Virus record (IMG/VR): IMGVR_UViG_3300043788_000114
Coordinates: 1 to 64,000 of that record
Length of the DNA: 64,000 nt
Reading direction: 5' to 3' (one strand)
Origin: a virus
In this document: in pieces, positions 28,976 through 38,100 of the stretch
Layout of the letters: every line of letters begins with the position of its first letter
Numbering within the stretch: the first letter of the stretch is position 1
Position numbers and translations under genes: made by a program
The notes under the pieces: generated by a model
Told to the model about the DNA's origin: nothing
Database searches by the model: none
What the model saw: only the letters and a program-made list of their open reading frames with translations

Positions 28976-29437
28976 ATGTGGACGGAGGGACAATTGGGAC
29001 TCGAAAGCGAAGCGGCAGCGTTTACGCGTACTGACAAGAAAAATCTGGACAAACTTGTTCAGGATATGTGGATTGGGCAAGATGTAAACAACCCATCAGT
29101 CACGACACGCCTCAAAATTCTTGAGGAGGATCGAGACAAAGTGATTACTGTCCACGTAGCACTTTTCGGCGACGAAGACCACGATGGCTTCATCGTGAAG
29201 TTCGAGCGCGCGTTGGGAATCTTTCGTGGGGGAATGTGGGCGCTGACTATTGTCGGGATCGTATTCATGGCAGTTTTTGGATACGCTTTAACATTGATCG
29301 TTCCGGCAGCAAAGCTAGTCATCGATGACTATTATTCCCATCATCCCGCCGCGCGCCAAAGTATGATTGTGCCGTATACAAATGCGCAGGATGCGGGCGC
29401 ACCACCACAGAACCAACAGTACGAAAACAGAAGGTGA
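28976..29437 (+). CDS. Membrane protein
   Basis: One long hydrophobic segment. Confidence 0.65.
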   Translation: MWTEGQLGLESEAAAFTRTDKKNLDKLVQDMWIGQDVNNPSVTTRLKILEEDRDKVITVHVALFGDEDHDGFIVKFERALGIFRGGMWALTIVGIVFMAVFGYALTLIVPAAKLVIDDYYSHHPAARQSMIVPYTNAQDAGAPPQNQQYENRR

Positions 29438-29441
29438 ATAA

Positions 29442-29636
29442 ATGCCAGACCATCCTAATGGACCCAATCCCAATCCCAGCGGCCCTGATCCAACAGGCTG
29501 CGGCGGAACAGGCCAGCACGCCTGCAATCCGGAACCATCTATCGTCATCGACGGCGTGAAGTATTGGACCGAGGAACAGATGACGGCACAGTCCAAGATG
29601 AACTATGCCAAGGGCCGTGCGGAGGCAACGGCGTAA
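29442..29636 (+). CDS. Hypothetical protein
   Basis: 64-aa ORF in operon. Confidence 0.55.
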   Translation: MPDHPNGPNPNPSGPDPTGCGGTGQHACNPEPSIVIDGVKYWTEEQMTAQSKMNYAKGRAEATA

Positions 29637-29645
29637 CCCCTTCCC

Positions 29646-30017
29646 ATGCCTAAACTCTCCAAGCTCATCTCGCGCATCGTCCGATTGGAGACGCAGCGAG
29701 AGGACCACGAGAAGGTTCACGAGCTAGAAGAGAAGGCCCGCAATGTTGCAGTCGTCGATATGAACCGCCGCCTCGATGACCACAATGATGTGATCGCAAA
29801 ATCGGAAGCTGCGCAAGCCAAGTTTGTAGAAATGGGCTGGTTTGAGCGTATCCACAAAGAACTCATAGACAGCACAAACAACACATTTACCGATGTGGAT
29901 AAACGCCTGACCTCACTTGAAGCCTCTCGCAACAAGATCATCGCCGTGGTGGTTGCATCGATGGTATTCGGCGGATTCATTGAATGGCTGCTGGGAATCT
30001 GGCTAAAAAAGCCGTGA
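29646..30017 (+). CDS. Coiled-coil protein with C-terminal TM helix
   Basis: VDKRLTSLEA followed by a hydrophobic tail. Confidence 0.65.
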   Translation: MPKLSKLISRIVRLETQREDHEKVHELEEKARNVAVVDMNRRLDDHNDVIAKSEAAQAKFVEMGWFERIHKELIDSTNNTFTDVDKRLTSLEASRNKIIAVVVASMVFGGFIEWLLGIWLKKP

Positions 30018-30065
30018 AAGAAATAGCTTGCGTTTGCCGGTAGCAAGCGCGAAACTGGAGGGACT

Positions 30066-30275
30066 ATGAAGAACTGGAAGACGACTGCGGCGGGCATCCT
30101 CAGCGCCCTGCTCGGCATGTCCGGGCCAACAACAGCACTACTGGCCGCTCTCCAAGCGATGAAGACCACACCGGATTACCGGCTCGCAATTTGGGGCGCA
30201 GTCCTCACATTCATTTTCGCAGTGCTGCGCGTGTGGCTCGGCTTGATCCAAAACGATGCACCGCCGAATCCATAA
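30066..30275 (+). CDS. Putative holin
   Basis: MKNWKTTAAGIL start, two TM segments, upstream of endolysin. Confidence 0.6.
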   Translation: MKNWKTTAAGILSALLGMSGPTTALLAALQAMKTTPDYRLAIWGAVLTFIFAVLRVWLGLIQNDAPPNP

Positions 30276-30290
30276 CGGCGAAAGGCTGAA

Positions 30291-31064
30291 ATGGCACACT
30301 TCAAGTTAGGTCGGAAGGCGCTCGTAACCGATTCACGTACTCTGCGTCTCGCGCGCTACTTCTCGCCGACTCTCGCTCCCCCGCCTGCCAGCGTCGATTG
30401 GACCAAGGGTGTCACCCAATTCGGAATGATGCTCAACGGCCCGGACCCAAACAATCCGCCGAGCGCATCAGACGGCCTCGGTGACTGCACGATTGCCGGT
30501 GTGGCCCACGCGATTCAGATTTTCACCGCCAACTCAGGCACCGAAGTCACACTTCCAGACCAGACCATCCTCGACTACTACGAGTGGTGGGACGGCTACG
30601 TCGATGGCGATCCTTCGACCGATAACGGCGGGGTTGAAATCGACGTGCTGAATCACTGGAAGAAGAAGAAGTTCTGGGGGCACAGGCTCACCGCCTACGC
30701 CGATCCGGATGTGTCGAACCTGACGGAAGTCCGGCAGGCAGTGAGTTTGTTTGGTGGCCTCTACATTGGTTTGAGCGTCACTGACCAAGTGATGCAGAAC
30801 GACAACGATCCGACGATCCCGTGGGATGTCACGCCGAGTGATACAATCGACGGCGGTCACTGCGTGTTCGTGACAGGCTATGACGCTCAGTTCATCTACT
30901 TCATTTCATGGGGCCAAATTTACAAGATGACTCTGGCTTATTGGAATGCGTATGTCGATGAAGCGCACGCGTTGCTGAGTCCGGACTTTTTAGGAGCCAA
31001 CGGGCTCGATCCGCAGGGATTCAATCTCAAGCAATTGCAGGCTGACCTCGCAACCATCGTTTAA
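30291..31064 (+). CDS. Papain-like (C1) cysteine peptidase
   Basis: SVDW, GDCTIAG, GGHCVFVTGYD, ISWG. Confidence 0.8.
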   Translation: MAHFKLGRKALVTDSRTLRLARYFSPTLAPPPASVDWTKGVTQFGMMLNGPDPNNPPSASDGLGDCTIAGVAHAIQIFTANSGTEVTLPDQTILDYYEWWDGYVDGDPSTDNGGVEIDVLNHWKKKKFWGHRLTAYADPDVSNLTEVRQAVSLFGGLYIGLSVTDQVMQNDNDPTIPWDVTPSDTIDGGHCVFVTGYDAQFIYFISWGQIYKMTLAYWNAYVDEAHALLSPDFLGANGLDPQGFNLKQLQADLATIV

Positions 31065-31073
31065 GGGAGCACT

Positions 31074-31607
31074 ATGAATCGCAGAATGTTTTTGAAGATG
31101 TCCAGTGGCGCAGCGGTCGCAGTGGTGATCCTGCCAACCACCGGTTGTGCTTTCTCGGTGGTCGATACGCTTGACACGATCATCGAGGCAGTGAAGGGAA
31201 TCCTCGCCTACGTGGGCTCCTCCGAGCCATGGGCTGTGACGCTCCAGAATGCGCTTACCACGTTGGAGCAAGTTGCGGCGACGTGGACGACAGGCAGTGA
31301 TACCGCTATCTTGATCGATGCGCTCAATGCCGTCGAAGCGGTGCTCGCAGTGATTCCTTTGACTGCCGTGTACTCGCCGCTCATCGATCTCGTTGTGGCT
31401 GGCGTGGAGTCGATCATCAGCTACTTCGCCAAGACTGTTCCGGCGATTGCTTTCAAGGTAGCCGCGCGCAGAGCGACCCACAATCCACGCATTGGCCGGG
31501 TCAAGATCATGGCTCCGCACACTTTCCAGACGCCTGTTGGAGCGTTCAAACAGCAGTACAACGACGCGGCCATTGGTTGCGGATGCCCGCAATTGAAGTT
31601 GAAGTAG
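31074..31607 (+). CDS. Tat-signal lipoprotein
   Basis: MNRRMFLK twin-arginine motif, TTGC lipobox-like. Confidence 0.65.
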   Translation: MNRRMFLKMSSGAAVAVVILPTTGCAFSVVDTLDTIIEAVKGILAYVGSSEPWAVTLQNALTTLEQVAATWTTGSDTAILIDALNAVEAVLAVIPLTAVYSPLIDLVVAGVESIISYFAKTVPAIAFKVAARRATHNPRIGRVKIMAPHTFQTPVGAFKQQYNDAAIGCGCPQLKLK

Positions 31608-31620
31608 TTCTAGGTGGTCG

Positions 31621-31923
31621 ATGATCCGCATCGACATGTTCGACGGTGCGCAGCCAAAACGCGGCGATTTGGTGCAGACCAACTGCGGGAATCGCCGCGA
31701 GCGCACGTGGTTCGTCATTCATGCGCGCAGAGTGAAACGGCGAGAAGATTCCGTCCCGCGTTACGAATTACACATCGTCCGCTGGTACGACATCGATCCT
31801 GAGATGCGGGTCAGGCTTTTCCAGAGCGCCGAGCGCCGTGGCGGACAGCGAGTGATCACCTTCAAGCGGTATCCGGCCAAGCGCAAGGCGAGAACCTTCG
31901 AGCAGTACATGGGAGCGCGATAG
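31621..31923 (+). CDS. Hypothetical protein
   Basis: 100-aa ORF, coupled to the lysozyme gene. Confidence 0.55.
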   Translation: MIRIDMFDGAQPKRGDLVQTNCGNRRERTWFVIHARRVKRREDSVPRYELHIVRWYDIDPEMRVRLFQSAERRGGQRVITFKRYPAKRKARTFEQYMGAR

Positions 31924-32348
31924 TGCAGATCAGCCCTAATGGAATCGCCTTCATTGAAGCAAACGAGGGATTTTCTGCGACCGTTTACAACGATACTGCG
32001 GGGAACGCCACCATCGGCTATGGGCATAAACTGGAAGTTGGAGAGTCTTTCCCTAATCCCATTACACAAGAAGAGGCTCAGCAACTTCTCCTTGGCGATC
32101 TGGCGCTTGTGGAACTCACGCTGGCTCAGTTAGTCCCTCCGAGTTGCACGCAAAGTCAGTTCGACGCTTTATGCGATTTCGGCTTCAATTTAGGCTGCGT
32201 GGCCCTCAAGACAATGCTCGGGCATGGATGGGAGTTTGTTCCTCTTCAAATTCCAAGATGGGATTTTGAAAAAGTGAATGGCGTAGAGCAACAGAGTCCA
32301 GCGCTTGAGGCTAGACGGCAGAGGGAAGTTGCTCTGTTTAATTCGTAG
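31923..32348 (+). CDS. Endolysin, GH24 lysozyme
   Basis: EG....YND..G..TIGYGH; QFDALCDFGFNLG; L..RR.RE..LF. Confidence 0.9.
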   Translation: MQISPNGIAFIEANEGFSATVYNDTAGNATIGYGHKLEVGESFPNPITQEEAQQLLLGDLALVELTLAQLVPPSCTQSQFDALCDFGFNLGCVALKTMLGHGWEFVPLQIPRWDFEKVNGVEQQSPALEARRQREVALFNS

Positions 32349-32356
32349 GAAGAGCC

Positions 32357-32635
32357 ATGAGCACCCCAAGACTTCATCTCGGTGGACCAAATGATGGATT
32401 TGCTCGCATCGATCAGGGATTTTGCTCACTCTATCCATGTCCCGGTCGTCTCATGCTATGCGCGATGGAAACTAGAAAAGTCGAATGTCCGCAGTGGATT
32501 GAGATTGAGGCCGCTAAACTTGGACGACCACCAAGCAAGGAATTGATCGAAGTGACTACCTATACCTACAAGTGCATTCATTGTGGTCATGAAGTGATGA
32601 GCACCAAATTTATTGAGGATGCTCTGAAAAACTGA
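32357..32635 (+). CDS. Hypothetical Zn-finger protein
   Basis: YKCIHCGH. Confidence 0.5.
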   Translation: MSTPRLHLGGPNDGFARIDQGFCSLYPCPGRLMLCAMETRKVECPQWIEIEAAKLGRPPSKELIEVTTYTYKCIHCGHEVMSTKFIEDALKN

Positions 32636-32644
32636 GGAATCGCT

Positions 32645-32827
32645 ATGCCACCGGTCGAAACCTATCGCAGCGAAGAGGCGTATCGCAAAGCCAGAGCATA
32701 CACGCACATTCATCACATCCCGACACATGCTACCCGCGTTTGCATTAAAGGAAAAGGGTGTCACACGGTGAAGCACCGCAAAGGGAAGAAGAAGGCGCAG
32801 AAAAAGAGAGTATCGGCAAAGCGCTGA
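32645..32827 (+). CDS. Small basic protein
   Basis: Ends KHRKGKKKAQKKRVSAKR; SD GAGG. Confidence 0.65.
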   Translation: MPPVETYRSEEAYRKARAYTHIHHIPTHATRVCIKGKGCHTVKHRKGKKKAQKKRVSAKR

Positions 32828-32833
32828 TTTTCC

Positions 32834-32953
32834 GTGACAAGCAAGCTATTTTCGGGTATAAATTCACCATCGAGAAACGTGCCTTTCTGATCCGATCTTG
32901 GGGAGGATTCAGAAAACAAGCGGCGGCTTCGGGTCAAACCGGGGCCGCCGCTT
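32834..32953 (+). promoter_or_regulatory. Promoter and two-hairpin leader of the tail operon
   Basis: GTGACA-17-TATAAA; same leader motif as 12863-12960. Confidence 0.55.
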
Positions 32954-32966
32954 GTTGGAGGGAAGT

Positions 32967-33224
32967 ATGCCGAATAAGAAAAAGTCCAAGAAAAAGTGGA
33001 TCGGGCACGCCGTCAAACACAAAGGCAGCTTGACCAAGGCCGCTGAAAAGCACGGCAAGTCCGTTCCTGCTGAGGCGGAGGCGGAATCGAAATCGCCTGA
33101 CAAGAAGATCGCCGCCCGTGGCCGTCTGGCGATGCGCTTCGAGGGGAAGGCCAAGCATGGCAACATCAAAAAGGCGAAGCACCACAAGAAGCATCCTCAC
33201 AAGCGCGTGTCGGGCAAAGCATGA
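32967..33224 (+). CDS. Small Lys/His-rich basic protein
   Basis: KKWIGHAVKHKGSL...ARGRLA; ends KRVSGKA; SD GGAGG. Confidence 0.7.
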   Translation: MPNKKKSKKKWIGHAVKHKGSLTKAAEKHGKSVPAEAEAESKSPDKKIAARGRLAMRFEGKAKHGNIKKAKHHKKHPHKRVSGKA

Positions 33225-33349
33225 ACGAAGTCTCATCGACGAATCTGGAGTCTGTAGGCAGGAAGAAAGTTTCGTGCGCCTGCGCTCCGAAGCGCACCGG
33301 AAAGAAGACGAAGAAGGGGCCGCGCAAGAGGATCGCAGTGAAGAGGTGA
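33221..33349 (+). CDS. 42-aa basic protein carrying the MCP N-terminal motif (not in ORF track)
   Basis: MNEVSSTNLESVGRKKVSCACAPKRTGKKTKKGPRKRIAVKR; ATGA overlap. Confidence 0.7.
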   Translation: MNEVSSTNLESVGRKKVSCACAPKRTGKKTKKGPRKRIAVKR

Positions 33350-33352
33350 GAG

Positions 33353-33634
33353 ATGGCGAAGCGTAAAAAGTCCCGTGGCGCAGACATGGCAGCGCCGATG
33401 CCAACTTCCGGAAGCCGCAGGATGCATGTTGGCATCGACAGTGCAGAAAACGGATTTGTGGTTCGTGTGAGCGGCGATAGTGGCGGGAAAAATCCTACCT
33501 ACCATGAGAAAACGATGGTCGCCACATCCCCAAACCACGCGCTCCGAGTGGCCGCATCGCATCTTCGCGGCGGCGTCAAGAAGGCCCACGGCAAAAAGGG
33601 CGGCAAGAAAAAATTCGCTGCAAAGAAAATGTAA
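33353..33634 (+). CDS. Small basic protein
   Basis: SD GAGGTG; ends HGKKGGKKKFAAKKM. Confidence 0.7.
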   Translation: MAKRKKSRGADMAAPMPTSGSRRMHVGIDSAENGFVVRVSGDSGGKNPTYHEKTMVATSPNHALRVAASHLRGGVKKAHGKKGGKKKFAAKKM

Positions 33635-33642
33635 GATGACAA

Positions 33643-35148
33643 ATGGGAACATATTCTTGGCTTACGTTTCTCACCGCACGCCAGCAGCTTGCTGCGCGGC
33701 AGTACGACCCCAATAACCTCTTCTGGGCCGATGCCGAGAACGGAATTTCTATTCAGCAAGCGTTGAGGATGTTCAACGTTCTCACCTTCACGTGGAAAAC
33801 CAACTTTGCTTTCTCCTCCGCAAATCTGTGGAACTCGCTCGGGCTGATCGCCGACTCGCCCCGCCTCCGGACCATCACCGACACCTACTGCTACACGGAC
33901 ATGGAGTACAAGCTCCTCGAACCGCCAACCGGTGGAGTGTGGACGGGCACCACGCAGTTCTCGATCTCCGACCTCTCTCAGGCTCTCCAGCGGCGTAGGG
34001 ATGAAATGCTTCAGGTGTCGAACTGCAACCAGAGTTTGATGCCCAATATCCCGCTGACGCCGAACACGACAGTGACCAACCTTCCCGACACGGTGATCGA
34101 CGTCGCCCGGACCCGATATTTGCCATTACAGACGAGCACCACCGGAACCGCCTTGCAGGGCGTGAATGTGGTCAACGTTATATCGGTCACCGGGATCGCC
34201 ATCGGTCAACTTGTCGTCGGGAACGGAATACCTTATCCGACCACGGTCGCCGCAGTGGGAAGCGCCTCGATCACACTTTCGCAGTTGACGACCGGGCCAG
34301 TCTCGGGGTCGCTGGGATTCTTCACCGCGAGCACTCTCTACCGGGACGACACCATTGCGCAGGAATTCTACGAAGCACCGCTCTACCAGCAGGACCCCGG
34401 AACGCCGACAACTTTCAGCCTTTCGTCCGAGCCGCCCCTGTCGTGGGCCGTTGACATCCCGCCAGATCAGGCCGGGGTGTACGAATCGGTTGTGCTTCAG
34501 TCAGGAGCGGCCTTTGCGCCGCCCGCAAGCACGCTTATAGGCATCCCGGATGACTTCGCATGGGTTCTGGAGTGGGGAGCCCTTGCTGACCTGCTCGGGC
34601 GCGAATCTGAGGCCACAGACAGGGACCGTGCGGCATATTGCCTGCGCCGGTACCAAGACGGGCTCAACCTGCTCGTAAAGACGCCGTGGATCATGCTCGG
34701 CAAGGTGAATGGAGAGGCTGTCAATATCGATTCTATCGAGGCCACAGATCGCTACGATCCGGAGTGGGATTCAAACCCGAACGGTTTCGGTCCGGTGATC
34801 GTGACAGGAGGGATAGATTTCCTCGCCGCTCCGGTAGGCTCAGGAGTTGGCGTGACTGTACTGGGCAACGCCCCAGTCCCAGTTGCGGATGGCGACTTTG
34901 TGCAGGTGAGCCGCTCTGATTGGGACACCGTGCTTGATCTGGCGCAGTCGTTCAATGTTTTCAAGCAAGGCGGAGCGGAGTGGAAGGCCGCTCTTCAATT
35001 GGAGGCGAGAGCGATTCAGGCGTGCGCTGCTGAGAACACAAGAATCAAGTCGTATGGTTGCTTCTCCGACATCCTCGTCCAGCGTGGTCAGGTACAGGAA
35101 CGTAACCAAGAGCGATACAAAACTGCGAACGAGAAGAAGGCTCAGTAA
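33643..35148 (+). CDS. Head-tail adaptor / tail tubular protein-like
   Basis: 501 aa; IPDDFAWVLEWGALADLL adaptor-like helix. Confidence 0.6.
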   Translation: MGTYSWLTFLTARQQLAARQYDPNNLFWADAENGISIQQALRMFNVLTFTWKTNFAFSSANLWNSLGLIADSPRLRTITDTYCYTDMEYKLLEPPTGGVWTGTTQFSISDLSQALQRRRDEMLQVSNCNQSLMPNIPLTPNTTVTNLPDTVIDVARTRYLPLQTSTTGTALQGVNVVNVISVTGIAIGQLVVGNGIPYPTTVAAVGSASITLSQLTTGPVSGSLGFFTASTLYRDDTIAQEFYEAPLYQQDPGTPTTFSLSSEPPLSWAVDIPPDQAGVYESVVLQSGAAFAPPASTLIGIPDDFAWVLEWGALADLLGRESEATDRDRAAYCLRRYQDGLNLLVKTPWIMLGKVNGEAVNIDSIEATDRYDPEWDSNPNGFGPVIVTGGIDFLAAPVGSGVGVTVLGNAPVPVADGDFVQVSRSDWDTVLDLAQSFNVFKQGGAEWKAALQLEARAIQACAAENTRIKSYGCFSDILVQRGQVQERNQERYKTANEKKAQ

Positions 35149-38100
35149 TGGCACTAAAATTCAGAGCGCTCGACATTACGTCCCCCGTCAATCGCCTAAA
35201 AGCAGGCTTTGTCGCAATGGCCTGTAATGTTCGAGCTTATTTGGATGGCGGTTTTGCTCTCCGCAATTCGCTGACCCCGCCGTTGGTTTTAACCAACGCA
35301 GCATCGAGTCAAGTTAGCGCGGGAACTACCGGGCAAACAGGAGTAGGAGCCGCGTGGAATAACCCCGCGAATATCTTCGACACAGGAAGTGTCAATTTCA
35401 CAAATCTCCTCCTCGGAGGCGGCAACCCAACAGTATCGGAAATTCTCAATGTCACCGATCTAGGATTTGCGATCCCCGGCAGCGCGACGATTACAGGAAT
35501 CCAGTTTCAACTCCAAAGCCTTCCAGCCCTTGGCCATGGCGTCGCTATTACCTTTCAGCCAACACAAAATGGGGCGAACGCTGGAACTCCGACGACTCAA
35601 ACGCTCGGTCCCGCGCCCGGTGGACCGGTAACCATCGGTGGGCCGGGTAATCTCTTTGGATTTGCGTGGACTCCGGCGTTGATCAATGGCGCGACCGGTT
35701 TAGGGCTGAATATATCCGGAGCAGGAGGAGCCGCTCATACCTCAGCGGCTTGTGAGCTAAACTCTCTCGTCGTCACAGTGTTCTACAACACGAACATGAC
35801 GCTCATTCTGCCTGCGCCGCCGCATTCAATTCGCAGATTAAACGACTCGACTCCTAACGGACCATCGTCCGGTTACGCTCTTGTCGTTGGAGCGGGAACG
35901 GACATTTATCTCAACTCGACACAAGTTGCTTCCGGACTCTCCGGCAATCAAATTTCGCTCATTCCTTTCCGCCCGAATGCTTCCGTGCAGCCGTGGATGT
36001 ACTGGGCTGATTCGGCAGCGATGGGCAACGTCACTCTGAATACTAAATACCTCATCAATGGCAAGCCGGTGAACTTCGTTTCAAACGGCATGGGCAAGAC
36101 ACGCTCCGATGGGTTGACGTACAAAATGGGAATCGAGGAACCGCAACTCGCCCCCATTATTTCCACCGCTCCATCCAGCGTATCCGTTGGTGGTTTGTTG
36201 CAGGCAACTGACATTCCATGGACCAACTATCTCGGGCAGAACCCCGGATATAACTACGGAGAGTCGAACGGTCCACCGAATCCGGGAAGTCCAAACCCGA
36301 TAGATGGAACTCCGCCGTTTATTGTCGACGTGGCCAATGCCTCCACAGTGACAGTCACGGCCATCACTGGAACCGCGACGATCAATGGTACGTCGGCAGT
36401 ACCGACGAGTCCCGGACCAACTCCGGGATCGACAAACCCCGGTGGTTACGTGCAAGTTGGAGGAGTAGTTCCGGGAACAGTTTCCGTTGTTGTTGGTGCG
36501 TTCACGGATGGAGATGGCAATGTAGTACCTCTCGGCGTAGCGCCGCTCTACATTACATCGGTCATCGATGTGGGTGGAAACATCGGAGTGGCAATTCCCG
36601 TGCCATTTGGCGCTCAGCAGTTCCAGATTGGCATCAACTCCACGGGAAACACGTTCAATGCAAACTCGGGCTCTTTCCAGATCGAAGTTACGGTGACAAC
36701 GAATGCTCTGCCAACCGTCACATCGATTCTCGGCGACCTGACTTGCGCATATTTTGACGATTCGCCAACCTCCGGTCCAGTAGCTTCGTATATCTGGAAG
36801 AATCCGGATGATCCCGGAGGCTCGGGACCAACGCGCTCTGTCTCTGATGCGGTAGGCACAACGACAGGTGACTCCTTCATCTTCGATGCCACATTCACGG
36901 CTGGAATTCCCGGACTACCGGGAATCGGCTCGCCCACTGTACCGATGCTGTGGACAGACCTCAATCCTGATTCCGTCGCCGTAGGTTCCAATCCGATCTT
37001 TGCCGCACCACTGACGAAAACAAATCCGACGAACACACAGTTCGCCAACTTCAACTTTTGTCTTACAGGGAATATCTACTTCCCGTCTGCCGGTCTATTC
37101 ACGCTCGTCCTCACGAGCCACGATGATGTGATATGGGGAATCGGCGGCGGCGTGTCGCTGGTATCTGCCGTGGCGTCCGGCGTAGGCGAGGGTGGTGGCG
37201 TGGCAATCTCTGGATATGGCCAGACGATCACCGTGGTTGGTGGTTATCCGCTCCTTCCGAGACAAATCTACACGAGCGGATTGGGAGGAAACTACGCACA
37301 GACAACGGTAGTCGTGAGCGTTCCAGCGGCAGGCATTTACCCAATCGAACTCGACTTTGACTACTGGTTTCACTCAGGAAGAATTCTTCTGCTTGAGGGA
37401 TCGGCCACTGCTGGCGGTCCGCCGACGATCATCCCGCCTCTTCCGGCGAGCGTTAGGCAGGAGACGCAATATCGGTACGTGTACAGGTCATCGGCCACAG
37501 GAGCATTGTCGAATCCATCTCCGGAGTCAGCAGCCGAGACGGTGCCTGTCACGGCGAACACTGTCACGTCTTACTGGTCGCCCGATCCGCAGGTAGATGT
37601 TGTTGACTACTACCGCATCGATTCAGTGACATCGGATTTCACTTACGTCGCCACAGGACCTAACGACAATCTTGGACCGGGAGGAACGAATACACCGATC
37701 ACCGATTCCTTGCTGGACACTGAACTAGGATCGCAACTTCTAGAATTCGACAACTTCGAGCCATTCCCATCCATTGATCTTCCACAGAAGGGAATCTGTA
37801 ACGTCTCTGGCGGTGTCATCACATGGGTATCGGGCGGAGCTATCGGCGGAGCGTTTACAGGATTCAATATCCGCTGGCTGGGTGGAACAGTCATCCTCAT
37901 CGGCTCCCCTACGTCTCTTGCATATACACTGATCGCGCGACCAACATCGACGACGACGATCACGATTCCCGATGTTCCGGATGGAACGAATCTGGCTTAC
38001 GAGATTCCCGAACCAATTCTAGCCGCACAACCATTACCTTATGTTGACGGGCCTACGGACAATATCCCGTTTGCAAATGCAGTTGGCGATCCACTAAGAG

